From the NCBI GenBank assembly GCA_963674735.2, contig CAXXQS010000001.1, forward strand, positions 2,368,001 through 2,432,000: a stretch of DNA of 64,000 nucleotides, in the 5' to 3' direction. Position 1 is the stretch's first letter, and each line of letters begins with the position of its first letter. Origin of the DNA: Myxococcota bacterium. Lineage in GTDB: Bacteria; Myxococcota_A; SURF-8. Below the pieces are notes generated by a model. The model saw only the letters and a program-made list of their open reading frames with translations. It was not told the origin of the DNA and made no database searches. Below, piece after piece: positions 50,355 through 60,111 of this stretch. The position numbers were made by a program, and so were the translations under genes.

Positions 50355-51176
50355 ATGAAAGCCGGATTCAAATGGGGATGGATGATCGTGGCGGGACTTC
50401 TATTCGTGCTGATGGCGTTGGGCTGCGACGACCAGGACGTGAATGACGATACGGACGGCGACGTTCCGGGCGACGGACCGACCGTCGAGGTCGTGTATGG
50501 CGACGACACCACCACGGTCGATCTCAGTCAATTCGAAGCCACCGAGATCGACGGCGAAGCGCATGTTTCCCTGGCGGATGTCGTGATGGACGGGGCCGAA
50601 CTGGCGCCGCTTGGCGACTTCGAATTCGACTTCGCCGCATCCGACGGCTTCACGCCGCTAGGGTCGCCCAACTGCCTGGGTATCGTTCCCCTGCCGGGCG
50701 AGTATCTCACCCAAGGGCAAATCAACATCGACACCATGCGCCTCGTCTGGGATGAAACACTCGAATTTCCCGGCTGCCTGAGCGTGAAAGATCTGGCCCA
50801 GATCATCGTCACCGACGCCGTGGAAAGCGCCACCGTCGAAGTGACCTTCGGAGACGCCAGCGTCGATGTGCGTCTGGCCACTCTGCCCAGCGAAACCTTC
50901 CAGGATGTCGAAGCCGTGAAACTGGCCGACGTGATCGCGGCGGCGCATTTCGAGCCGGAACTGGCCGACCTGCAGGCCGACTTCGAAGCTTCCGACGGCT
51001 TCCGTCCGGGCAATTCGGGCAACTGCGAAGGCATCACCCCGGTGGCGGGTGCGGACCTGGAACTGGGCTACCTCAGCCTCGACACGCTCGAACTGCTGTG
51101 GGACGACGAACTCGATTTCCCCGGTTGCATGGGCGTTGAAGACATCGCGTTGATCGAACTGAGCGACCTGCTGTAA
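50355..51176 (+). CDS. Acidic lipoprotein with DGD linker and two tandem ~110-aa repeat domains
   Basis: Lipobox ALG-C; each repeat has V.LADV, DF.ASDGF.P..S.NC, L.WD..L.FPGC..V.D.A.I. Confidence 0.8.
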   Translation: MKAGFKWGWMIVAGLLFVLMALGCDDQDVNDDTDGDVPGDGPTVEVVYGDDTTTVDLSQFEATEIDGEAHVSLADVVMDGAELAPLGDFEFDFAASDGFTPLGSPNCLGIVPLPGEYLTQGQINIDTMRLVWDETLEFPGCLSVKDLAQIIVTDAVESATVEVTFGDASVDVRLATLPSETFQDVEAVKLADVIAAAHFEPELADLQADFEASDGFRPGNSGNCEGITPVAGADLELGYLSLDTLELLWDDELDFPGCMGVEDIALIELSDLL

Positions 51177-51205
51177 GCGGCTTCCCGCTTTTACGCGACG
51201 CAAAC

Positions 51206-51238
51206 GGCCCCTTCCGTCTCGAACGGAGGGGGCTTTTT
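51206..51238 (+). terminator. Intrinsic terminator
   Basis: GGCCCCTTCCGT-CTCGA-ACGGAGGGGGCT followed by a T-run. Confidence 0.7.
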
Positions 51239-51260
51239 AGTGCGCCACGGGCCGCCTCCC

Positions 51261-52151
51261 TTACAGGTAGGGCTTGAATACCTCGGCCGGTTTTCGCACG
51301 GCGACAAGCTCGTCGAAGCCGTAGCGGTCGGCGTAGTAGGTCCACAACCCGTCGCAAATGCCGTCATAGCAACAGCCGCGGCACTGGGGACCGCAGGTTT
51401 TTTCGCTATGGGGACGAAACGTTTCCCCGTGCTCCAACTTGATGAGCTTTTCGCTGAAGCGCTCCAGGCCTGCGAGAACGCACATAGGCAGACCGCAAAC
51501 GTCGGGTATGTTCATGGTCATCCCCCGCCGCTCACCCAGTGCAACCGCCGCCTTCAGCTCGTCCATAAAGCTTGAAATACGACAGATGAGATTCGGAGCC
51601 TTGAGCGCCTGGTGGTGGGGATTGATGTAGCTGGTCACGATGCGATGGCCCGCCCCGAATTCGTCGGCGATGAAGCGGACGGTTTCGACGATCTGCCGCC
51701 GATTGGCGCGACAGATCACGAAGCTGAAGCGGACGAGCACATGCCGCGCCAGCAGGTTATGGATGCCCTGGACGGTCAGGTCGAAACCACCGGGTCGGCG
51801 CGTGAGGGCGTCGGACAGACGGGCATGGGGCGCATGCAGCGACACGAACACCTGCTCCAGGCCCGCCGCCTGCATGCCGTCCGCGTAACGTCGGTCGGCA
51901 AAGCGCATGCCGTTGGTTTGGATGATGGCGTGCCGGCCGTTGTCCCGGGCGATCTTGACGGCCAGCGGCAAAAGCGGCGAGAGGGTCGGTTCGCCGCCGG
52001 AAATCTCGATAACCCCATTGGGTGGAGCCTCAAGCACCCGTCGTCTCAGTTCCGCGGGCGACAGCGCATAGTTCTCCGCGCTGCTTTGCGGATCGACGCA
52101 GCAGAAAAGGCAGCGTTGGTTACAGCGCGTTTCGATACGCAAGGGTCTCAT
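51261..52151 (-). CDS. Radical SAM protein with a C-terminal Cys cluster
   Basis: CNQRCLFC, ISGGEPT, IQTNG, VSLH; C-terminal CRGCCYDGICDG; ATG 52151 after GGAG. Confidence 0.88.
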   Translation of the reverse strand: MRPLRIETRCNQRCLFCCVDPQSSAENYALSPAELRRRVLEAPPNGVIEISGGEPTLSPLLPLAVKIARDNGRHAIIQTNGMRFADRRYADGMQAAGLEQVFVSLHAPHARLSDALTRRPGGFDLTVQGIHNLLARHVLVRFSFVICRANRRQIVETVRFIADEFGAGHRIVTSYINPHHQALKAPNLICRISSFMDELKAAVALGERRGMTMNIPDVCGLPMCVLAGLERFSEKLIKLEHGETFRPHSEKTCGPQCRGCCYDGICDGLWTYYADRYGFDELVAVRKPAEVFKPYL

Positions 52152-52294
52152 GCGGGCTCCATTCACAAAGCGTTTGATCGCTCGGAATCATAACGCCGCA
52201 GACGGACCTGCGCAATGGGAAATGATCCTACAAGACAAAGCACGGCTGTTGCAGGAAACGAAGGGATGGGAGAAATCGGAACCAACCCGGATCT

Positions 52295-52477
52295 CACGGC
52301 GTTTCAATTCTAAGCTTTTCACCATTTTCCACCCACTCTAATTCGGCTTAGGGGGTGCCATGGGCCAAGCCTTTGGCTCGCCCATGCTGTTTTCACGTGC
52401 AAACCTGACGGTTTTGCCCGTGCCACCCATCACCAATCGAAGATAATTCGAGACTGAATCAGAATTGAAACGCCCAG
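52295..52477. mobile_element. MITE copy 1 (183 bp) with terminal inverted repeats and a 9-bp target-site duplication
   Basis: Perfect 14-bp subterminal IR GGCGTTTCAATTCT (52298-52311) / AGAATTGAAACGCC (52461-52474); flanking direct repeat CCCGGATCT at 52286-52294 and 52478-52486. Confidence 0.85.
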
Positions 52478-52495
52478 CCCGGATCTCCGGTTTGC

Positions 52496-52524
52496 TTGAC
52501 AAAACGACGACTGATGCACATAAT
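52496..52524 (+). promoter_or_regulatory. Sigma70 promoter of barrel cassette 1
   Basis: TTGACA-17-CATAAT, homologous to the promoters at 61651 and 62415. Confidence 0.75.
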
Positions 52525-52564
52525 CAGCCACGTGTATTATCCATAATAATTATCGAGGCTTTCG

Positions 52565-53224
52565 ATGTCGGTTCGGACGATTTTTCGGTGTTTCGTCTTG
52601 TTTGTCCTCCTCGGTGTGGCGCTCTGGGCCAATGCTGCGCCGCTGTGGGCGGCGGATGCTCTTCCCGCCACGCCGCCTGCGACGCCGCCCGTTGTCGATT
52701 CCACCTTGCCGACCGACACGCAAGAGAACGCCGCGGCACCCGACGGTGAAGGCGAGACGCCTCCCGACACCACGCCGCGCTTCGGTTTCGCTCTCAAACC
52801 GACGTATATGGTGATGGTACATTCCAGTGCCGATGACCTTATTCATGGGGCCGGGCTGAACTTTCAGTTCGACTACTACGCCATCCCCCATTGGCTGGAT
52901 GTATCCTTCGATTTCAGTGTGCTCGTTTCGTCTTGGCTTGTGTTGGACATCCCGATCGCTGTCACGGTCACTGCCCATCTGATGGATTCGAATCGATTCT
53001 GGCCGTATATCGGTTTGGGGGCAAAGGCTATGTTTACACGAGTTTTGATTATCGAAAATTTGTACGGAGGCGTTGTTCTGGCTGGAGTGAAATGGCTGCT
53101 ATTCACGAATTCCGGCCTCCTCGCCGAATTTCGATTTTCGCCACTTTACATGAAAAATAACGATGGCAGCGCATCGTTTCAGAAGACTTATGAAATCAGT
53201 CTCGGGTATGTTTGGCGGTTTTAA
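52565..53224 (+). CDS. Predicted 8-stranded outer-membrane beta-barrel protein, paralog 1
   Basis: Signal peptide, Pro/Thr linker, eight amphipathic strands including WPYIGLG, C-terminal GYVWRF beta-signal. Confidence 0.75.
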   Translation: MSVRTIFRCFVLFVLLGVALWANAAPLWAADALPATPPATPPVVDSTLPTDTQENAAAPDGEGETPPDTTPRFGFALKPTYMVMVHSSADDLIHGAGLNFQFDYYAIPHWLDVSFDFSVLVSSWLVLDIPIAVTVTAHLMDSNRFWPYIGLGAKAMFTRVLIIENLYGGVVLAGVKWLLFTNSGLLAEFRFSPLYMKNNDGSASFQKTYEISLGYVWRF

Positions 53225-53364
53225 TATTCTTCCGAAAGCCCGGCCATCCCGTCGAAGCGAAACACGCTTGTGCCTTCGTCGAAAAATTGTGTACAATCGC
53301 AGACATGCATTTTCTGAGGCAATGACCACTGAGAATTTTGCCCCCGGGTCAGTGCGGAGGATCG

Positions 53365-55578
53365 ATGGGAGGAGACAGAGCTATCCGGTTGAATCGGGAT
53401 TCGCGCTACCGATGGGAGCGTCCGCAAAGCGGGCGGCGCTTCTGTTTTTTATGGGTTGTGCTTTCTGTATTGCTCGTCGGTCGCGCAGCCTACGGCATCA
53501 CCCCGGAAGAGACCCTGGCCATTTCCGAGCGCTTCGCCAACCGACTTTTTTGCGAAACCCTGACGATCACGGGCGTAACGGTAAACATCGACGACACCCT
53601 GTTGTCCGTGACTCGCGGAGCCGAATCCGAGCCGTCCGTCTTCGTCGATCTCGTCCTGCTATCCGAGGCCGAAAACGAAAATTTCCGTACCCGCAATTTC
53701 GCCGGGCGTATCCGCGATCCGCAACTCAGGCTTTCGGAGGCTGAGCGGCAATGCCTCGTCCGTTTTCTGAAGCAGCAGGATACGACCGATCTGGACCTTG
53801 AAACCGCCCCCGTCCCCGTCGTCGGCAAGGCCACCGATCATCCGTTTACCTTCTTGCATCTGCCGAACCTGTCCCAGCGAATCGGGTACTACCTGCTCGC
53901 CCTGATCGTCGCCGTCATCTTGCTGCGCCGGTTCATCGCCGCGAAGGGGTGGCGTTCGCCGGACTTCATTCTGCGTGATCCGCGCTGGATCGGGCTGATG
54001 GCGCTTTTCGTTTTTCTGGCCGTGCTGGTGCCGGACGTGATGCCGGTGCACGAACACAATTCCTATCTGTCCCGCTCGGACTGCGCCTACGACTGGACCA
54101 GCCACAGCCTCAGGCCGTGGGGATTGGCGACCTATAGCTTGTACGGCCTGGCCCTGCACCTGGTTCCCTACCGGGTTGGCGTACTGGGCTACCTCTGCCT
54201 CGCTTTCAGCGTCGCCTCGCTGTTGCTGATGGGCGCTTTCTTACGTCGCCTCTTCACCGAGTTCGGCCACGCAGGAGCGGGAGCCTGGATCGCCTGGCTG
54301 GCGGCGGCTTTCTGCGTCGTGCATCCAGCCTTTCTGCGCATGTCGGTGGCGGCGACGTTTTTTCCTTACACCATGTGCCTGCTCTTCGGAGCCGGGATCG
54401 CCGGACTCGACACCAGACGCGACGCGCGCTTCTGGATGGCGTTCGCGGCGCTGATCCTGCTGGCCTTCGCCGCCATGGGAATCTGGGTGCAGCTCGTCTG
54501 GCTGCCGCTGGCCGTCATCGCGCCGTTTTGCTGGAGGCCCGCCCCATTGCGGCCACCCCAAAAACGCGCCTTGTTCGGATACCTCGGAGCGCTGGCGCTC
54601 TTCGGCCTGTTCGTGCTTCCCTACACGATGGAAGTCGCCCGGATTTTGTTCGGGTTCGGCGGTCACGGCGTGGGTCCCGAGATCAACGAGTGGTGGCCGT
54701 TTACGCTGATCTACTCCCGTTTCAACCTGACCCCCGCTCCGCTGGTCGTGTTGTATTGGCTGGGAGTCTCGGTGTCGGCCCTCGCCCTTCTGTACGGAAA
54801 GTGGTTTTTGCTGCCTATCCTATATGCCTTTGCGGCGTCCGAAACGTTTTTAGGAAGCCAGGTGACGCTTTTCACCGGTTATCCGACCCGTTTCATCCAC
54901 GGCTTCGTTTCCATGTATTTTTCGGCGATTTTTGCCGCCTTGGGTTTGTACGCCCTGCTGAATTTCCTGAAGCCGAAGACGCGCGTCGCCGTCACCGGGC
55001 TGGTTCTCGCCCTGAGCGTTGCGCTGATTCCTACGGCCCGGGATTCCGTCGATTTCCTGACTAAGGAACGCATGATGAATGTCGAGTTGCGGGGGATCTC
55101 GGAAGCCATCGGGCACCTTCCGCAACATCGAACATTCATTCAGGCCTCCGCGCTATTCGGTTTTCTGGATTGCGCCCATCCGGACACCGACCCCGTCGAA
55201 GTGCATTTTCCCAGGGAGGAGTACAAAACCCGGATGCAAGACCGTTACGGGGCGAATCCCCAGTGGGTGGCGCTGGATGCTTTTCTCGACGACCCGAGCC
55301 TCGCGGACCCCGCATCGAGCCTCGTCTATATCGGATCGAGCCTGCAATCGTTCGTGCCCTGCGAAATCCGGGAAAAGCGCGTGCCGAAAAGCCTGGAACG
55401 GCCGCTGCTCCAACGCCTGAAAGCGCGCTATCGCCTGGAACCGGTCTTCGTTTTCGAGGTGCCCACCCGCCAGCATGTTGCCGTATCGGCGCGCCTGGCG
55501 GCAGACCGAAAAGAATCCGTGGAGTTCGGATTCTATCGCCTGCATCCACGCCGCCATGAAACGGAGCGGCAAGAATGA
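53365..55578 (+). CDS. Polytopic membrane protein, possibly GT-C glycosyltransferase-like
   Basis: ATG 53365 after GGAGG; signal-like N-terminus, about 12 TM helices, soluble C-terminal domain; no diagnostic motif. Confidence 0.6.
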   Translation: MGGDRAIRLNRDSRYRWERPQSGRRFCFLWVVLSVLLVGRAAYGITPEETLAISERFANRLFCETLTITGVTVNIDDTLLSVTRGAESEPSVFVDLVLLSEAENENFRTRNFAGRIRDPQLRLSEAERQCLVRFLKQQDTTDLDLETAPVPVVGKATDHPFTFLHLPNLSQRIGYYLLALIVAVILLRRFIAAKGWRSPDFILRDPRWIGLMALFVFLAVLVPDVMPVHEHNSYLSRSDCAYDWTSHSLRPWGLATYSLYGLALHLVPYRVGVLGYLCLAFSVASLLLMGAFLRRLFTEFGHAGAGAWIAWLAAAFCVVHPAFLRMSVAATFFPYTMCLLFGAGIAGLDTRRDARFWMAFAALILLAFAAMGIWVQLVWLPLAVIAPFCWRPAPLRPPQKRALFGYLGALALFGLFVLPYTMEVARILFGFGGHGVGPEINEWWPFTLIYSRFNLTPAPLVVLYWLGVSVSALALLYGKWFLLPILYAFAASETFLGSQVTLFTGYPTRFIHGFVSMYFSAIFAALGLYALLNFLKPKTRVAVTGLVLALSVALIPTARDSVDFLTKERMMNVELRGISEAIGHLPQHRTFIQASALFGFLDCAHPDTDPVEVHFPREEYKTRMQDRYGANPQWVALDAFLDDPSLADPASSLVYIGSSLQSFVPCEIREKRVPKSLERPLLQRLKARYRLEPVFVFEVPTRQHVAVSARLAADRKESVEFGFYRLHPRRHETERQE

Positions 55579-55642
55579 GCACGCGCGGTAACGGCATACG
55601 TTCTTAAAGCCGCTGCAGCTCCCCCTTTTTTGCAATCCGGAT

Positions 55643-55891
55643 TCAGCCATAGAGACGCATGGCGTGCCCCACGCGTCGCAGGCCGCCGTCGGAACTCGAT
55701 TCCACGCAGACGCCTTCCACCAGCGTCGCCCCGCGCTGGATCAGAAAACGCAGGGCTGCATGCACGTTTTCCTCTCCGGCCTGCACCCACAAACGCGGGT
55801 TCACGTCCAAGGCGGTCGCCTGGGCCTGGATGGTGGCATCCAAATCCAGTTGGCTGTCTCCGCTTACATAAAGAATCGTTCCCTTGCGCAT
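55643..55891 (-). CDS. Hypothetical 82-aa protein downstream of a cobalamin riboswitch
   Basis: ATG 55891 after AAAGGAG; MRKGTILYVSGD...ALRFLIQRGATLV. Confidence 0.75.
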   Translation of the reverse strand: MRKGTILYVSGDSQLDLDATIQAQATALDVNPRLWVQAGEENVHAALRFLIQRGATLVEGVCVESSSDGGLRRVGHAMRLYG

Positions 55892-56004
55892 CGTGCGGCT
55901 CCTTTCGCTGTGGCCGCCCCGATCTCGGATGGTAGGTGGACAGGCTGACGGAAAATCCGAAAGCGGTCCCAACGCCCAGTCCGCGAGGCGTGGTTCAGGG
56001 ATCC

Positions 56005-56170
56005 GTTCAGGTCAGTCTCCGGGCTGACGGCCATTATCCGCCCCGCCTTCCCAAACCGGACGGGGAGCCCGATTCAGTGGCTTTCAGGGGCGGCGTGACC
56101 GATCACCGTGACGGGATCGCGCCGGAATCGCACCGGCTTCCTGTCTTGCGTCGCATAAGCGAACCTGAAC
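56005..56170 (-). ncRNA. Cobalamin (B12) riboswitch
   Basis: Minus strand: GTTCAGGT...AGGAAGCCGGTGCGATTCCGGCGCGATCCCGTCACGGTGA...GCCACTG...TGGGAAGGC...AGCCCGGAGACTGACCTGAAC, with P1 pairing and a B12 box. Confidence 0.92.
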
Positions 56171-56253
56171 AGTCCACTCAATAGCACGCAAGCGGTCCGT
56201 GCGTCAAGCGTCAAATTCAGCGCGTCCGACCCGTTCGGCGGTCTCCCGCTTTC

Positions 56254-56437
56254 CACGGCGTTTCACTTCAAAGCTTTTCACCGTTTTCCACCCACTATAA
56301 TTCGGTTTACGGGGTGCCATGGGCCAAGCCTTTGGCTTGCCCATGCTGTTTTCACGGGCAAACCTGACGGTTTAGCCCGTGCCACCCATCATCGATCGAT
56401 GATTATTCGAGACTAAATTCGGAATTGAAACACCCGA
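56254..56437. mobile_element. MITE copy 2 (184 bp)
   Basis: Colinear homologue of 52295-52477; flanking 9-bp repeat CCCGCTTTC (56245-56253) / CCCACTTTC (56438-56446). Confidence 0.82.
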
Positions 56438-56453
56438 CCCACTTTCACCAGGC

Positions 56454-56483
56454 TTGACAGCGCCGTGCCCGCCGCACTACACT
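56454..56483 (+). promoter_or_regulatory. Putative sigma70 promoter of the btuF-like gene
   Basis: TTGACA-18-TACACT. Confidence 0.55.
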
Positions 56484-56569
56484 CCAAACGCTCGCAACAA
56501 CGGATCGGAAAACACGCCGCTCCAGTCTGCGCGACAAGCGCGCTCTCTCTTTGATTCGGGGTCGTCAAG

Positions 56570-57511
56570 ATGTACAACATGGCTCAATGGCGCATATTAT
56601 TAGTCATACCATTGATTATCGGGCTCGTCCTCCTCTTCGCAGCCTGTCAATCCGCGACTCAAGCCGAGACTCCGCCGGTAAGCGAAGCGTCCCCCGATCA
56701 ACCGGCCCGGCGCATCATCAGCCAGTTACCGGCTCTCACCGAAATCGTCTTCGCCCTGGGTTTGCAGGATCGCCTCGTCGGCGTGACCGACTTTTGCCGC
56801 TATCCGCCGGAAGCGCTTGCCCTGCCCAAAATCGGCGGCATGATCAATCCCAACAAGGAAGCCGTGCTGGCGCTGAAACCCGACCTGATTCTGATCCAGG
56901 AAAACATGCCCGACCTGATCCGGGCCTATCACGCACTTGGGCTGAAAACGCTGGCCGTCAAGGCCGACTCCCGCCAGAGCGCCCTCGATGCCATCCAGCT
57001 TGTCGGCGATGCGACGGGCGTTCCGCAAAAGGCCACCCGCCTGCGCAGCGCCATAGCCGAAAAGCTGGAAGACGTCCGCCGCCGAGCCGCTGCCCGGCCT
57101 TCCGTCACCGCCATGGTCGTTGTGGGGCACGGACAGGGAACCTTGCGCGACATCTGGCTGGCCGGTGCGGGATCGTTTCTCGATGAACTGCTTGAGCTGG
57201 CGGGTGGCCGTAACATTGTCGGTGGACAAGCCCTCGCCTACCCCAAAATTTCCCTCGAAGATATCGCACAATCCTCGCCGCAAGCGATACTGGTGCATGT
57301 AGACCACGAGCTGTCCGACGCGGAGAAAGCGGTCGAGCGAGCCTTATGGGATCCGCTCGCCACCGTCGAGGCGGTACGCAACCGGCGCGTGTGCATCGTG
57401 GATGGCGATTGGGCCTTTCTCCCCGGCCCGCGTATGCCGAAAATCGCCGAAGCCTTTTTCGCCTGCCTGCACAGTCCGCCGCCTGGCGCTTCCTCCGCCG
57501 ACGCGCCCTGA
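56570..57511 (+). CDS. btuF: Helical-backbone ABC substrate-binding lipoprotein, BtuF-like (cobalamin/iron chelate)
   Basis: Lipobox FAA-C; RIISQLPALTEIVFALG..LVGVTDFCRYP, KIGG..NPNKEAVLALKPDLI, PGPR. Confidence 0.75.
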   Translation: MYNMAQWRILLVIPLIIGLVLLFAACQSATQAETPPVSEASPDQPARRIISQLPALTEIVFALGLQDRLVGVTDFCRYPPEALALPKIGGMINPNKEAVLALKPDLILIQENMPDLIRAYHALGLKTLAVKADSRQSALDAIQLVGDATGVPQKATRLRSAIAEKLEDVRRRAAARPSVTAMVVVGHGQGTLRDIWLAGAGSFLDELLELAGGRNIVGGQALAYPKISLEDIAQSSPQAILVHVDHELSDAEKAVERALWDPLATVEAVRNRRVCIVDGDWAFLPGPRMPKIAEAFFACLHSPPPGASSADAP

Positions 57512-57652
57512 CACGCTCCTGAAATTCGCCATCCGAAAAGTGTCGGAGTCCCTTTCCTTCCGCGAATATTTCGTTTATCATGCTGGCGTTGTCCATCATT
57601 TTCCGTTCGCCGCGACGACGGCCGAGACTCGCTTAACCAAACAGGAGCGCCC

Positions 57653-60064
57653 ATGCCGTATGCAACCCGATTCCTTCTCGTGATCCTGTTGCTTTTCACG
57701 TTCGCCTGCTCGTCCGCCAACGACGATCCGGTCCCCGGCGACGGCGACAGCTCGTCCGATGGCGATAGTGAAAGCGACGGCAATGAATCCCCCGACGGCG
57801 ACATGGATGACGCGACCGATGGCGATGGAGAACATGACGGCGATGTCGAAGCGGAGATCGAAGAAGAAGAGAGCGTTCCCGACGGTCTGCCCACGCGGCC
57901 GGATATCGCTCCCACAATGATCGTACGCCCCGAGGACAAGGCGGTCATTCTCGATCGTATCACGCGCGCCCCCTTCGATCAGATTCTCAGCGAAATCGAG
58001 TCCGTCGCCGCGCGCAACCATGTGGACCTACCCCCCGACACCTTCGATTCCGACGAACAGCGCAACGGCGAAACCGCCCTGGCCGCCGCGTTTCTGGCCT
58101 GGCTGAACGACGACGCCGCCCAGGCCGAAAAGGCCCGCGATTTCATGTCGCAATTGTCCGACAACTACGCCAGCCACACCGACGGCGACATCAACATCCG
58201 CCTGCCCTCCATCATCCTGGGCTACACCTTTGCTCTCGATCTGCTGGTCGGGGCCGGTCTCATTCCCGACGATGAAGCGACGGCGTTGGAAAACAAACTC
58301 ACGACGCTGGTCGATGCTTTCTACGTCGATTACATCGAAGACTATCTCAACCTGATGTTGATTCACTACACCCAGAACAACCACCCCATCCGTACCGCTT
58401 GTTCCATCGGCACCGCCGCACTGGCCTTTCCCGAGCATCCCGAGGCGCGCAAATGGGCCGACTGGGCCTTTTCCGAGCTCGATTATCTCTGGGGCCCCGA
58501 GGGGCAGTACGTGCAGGCGGACGGCGGCGTGTCCGAGGGCTCGCTCTACTACCGCTTCGCCTTCGCGCCCTCCCTGGCGCTGTTTCACGCCTGGCACAAC
58601 CGCATCGGGACACCGCGCATGTTCTCGCGCAACTGCGTCAACCGCATCGATCAAGATCCCTGGGCGGATTACGTGTGTACCGACGGCGAGCCTTTCGTCT
58701 TCAACAACCCCTTGTTCGAAGAACGCTTCCAGCTCAGCGTCGACTGGTTCCTCAACCTGCGCATGCCCGACGGCCGCCGCCCGCCCATGGAAGACAGTTC
58801 CTTCAAGGACGGCAACGGCGGGGCGATCATGGCGCGCTACATGGATCGGCCCGACCTCGTGTGGGACTGGCACACCAACAACCTCAACATGGACGGCGGC
58901 ATGGATCTACGCATCCAGCACTTGGCCTACGCCCCCGAGCTTCCCGACGCCCAACCGCCCGAGTGGACCCACCGCGTGATGCCCATCGCCGGGCAGGCGG
59001 TTTTTCGTACCGGTTGGGAATCCGACGCGCTCTGGGTGATGATGACCGCCGAGCATGGCTCCGCGCGCAAAACCGTGCACGACCACGTGGACGGCGGCTC
59101 CTACACCCTGCACGCCTACGGCGAATACCTGCTCATGGATACCGGCTATTACAAGCCCAACATGGCCACCAACGCCGTCACCGCCCACGCGCGCGCCCAC
59201 AACCTGCTGATGATCGCCGAGGAGCCGGTGCCCGGCAAAGGCCTGCTCACCAACTTCGGAGACGCCGACGCCTTCCTCGAAAACGAGGCCCTCTCGGATA
59301 ATCTGGCGTATGTCGAGGCGCGTCAGCCCATCGATATCACCACCACCACGCGCCATCTGGCCCTGGTGCGCAACCGCTACGTGGCCGACGTGTACCGTCT
59401 GGAAACGAGCAACACCGAGTTGCGCCACCATACCTGGCGTATGCACGGCTACGCCGGGATGGACGAAGTGGGTTCGTTCGCGCTCGAAGCCGATCACGCC
59501 TTGTGGGAACGTCCCGCCGCCGGAGTGGCCGTCTATCTGGGCTCCACCGCGCCCGGTCTGACGATCGAAGCGCCACCCTATGAAGAAGGCCAGGCTCCCT
59601 ATGTACACAAAATCGAAGGCGACGAACATCATCATGGGGTGATGGACGGCGTTATCGAGGCGGTCAAGCCCGGCTTCGTGTCTGTGGCGATCCCCTACCG
59701 TGTGGGAGCCGCCGACGGCGCGACCGATGCCCTTTTACCGGTGACCGCCTTGGAAGTCGACGGCGTCAGCGAAGGCGTGGCGGGTTGGTGGGTGGATCAC
59801 GGCGCGGGCCGCGATTTGCTGCTTCTACGCGAAGCGAGTGCCCCTACCGCATTGACCGTTGGTCCGCTTTTGACCCTCGACACCGATGCCGAAATGGTGA
59901 TCCTGGGCCTCGATGAATCCGACGCACCCGAGTTCGTGCTGATCGCACGCGGCAGCTACGTCAAGTGGCAGGAGGCCATGCTCATCGAAAACGCCACCGA
60001 GCCGGTGACGCTGCTCGACCCCGGTTCCGGCATGCCGCCGCCCTACGATAACGAAACGAGATAG
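57653..60064 (+). CDS. Heparinase II/III-like polysaccharide lyase lipoprotein with DGD linker
   Basis: Lipobox TFA-C; QNNH, DGGVSEGSLYY, VFRTGW, HDHVDGGSY...D.GY, AHN. Confidence 0.8.
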   Translation: MPYATRFLLVILLLFTFACSSANDDPVPGDGDSSSDGDSESDGNESPDGDMDDATDGDGEHDGDVEAEIEEEESVPDGLPTRPDIAPTMIVRPEDKAVILDRITRAPFDQILSEIESVAARNHVDLPPDTFDSDEQRNGETALAAAFLAWLNDDAAQAEKARDFMSQLSDNYASHTDGDINIRLPSIILGYTFALDLLVGAGLIPDDEATALENKLTTLVDAFYVDYIEDYLNLMLIHYTQNNHPIRTACSIGTAALAFPEHPEARKWADWAFSELDYLWGPEGQYVQADGGVSEGSLYYRFAFAPSLALFHAWHNRIGTPRMFSRNCVNRIDQDPWADYVCTDGEPFVFNNPLFEERFQLSVDWFLNLRMPDGRRPPMEDSSFKDGNGGAIMARYMDRPDLVWDWHTNNLNMDGGMDLRIQHLAYAPELPDAQPPEWTHRVMPIAGQAVFRTGWESDALWVMMTAEHGSARKTVHDHVDGGSYTLHAYGEYLLMDTGYYKPNMATNAVTAHARAHNLLMIAEEPVPGKGLLTNFGDADAFLENEALSDNLAYVEARQPIDITTTTRHLALVRNRYVADVYRLETSNTELRHHTWRMHGYAGMDEVGSFALEADHALWERPAAGVAVYLGSTAPGLTIEAPPYEEGQAPYVHKIEGDEHHHGVMDGVIEAVKPGFVSVAIPYRVGAADGATDALLPVTALEVDGVSEGVAGWWVDHGAGRDLLLLREASAPTALTVGPLLTLDTDAEMVILGLDESDAPEFVLIARGSYVKWQEAMLIENATEPVTLLDPGSGMPPPYDNETR

Positions 60065-60111
60065 ATAGCACGTTTGCGTCACCCAACCGAATAACGAAAG
60101 AGAGAGCTTTC

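Noticed and set aside
52298-52474. GTTTCAAT...ATTGAAAC ends resembling CRISPR repeat termini
   Set aside because: They are inverted ends of one 183-bp element with TSDs. There is no array of 25-40-bp direct repeats and no cas gene.
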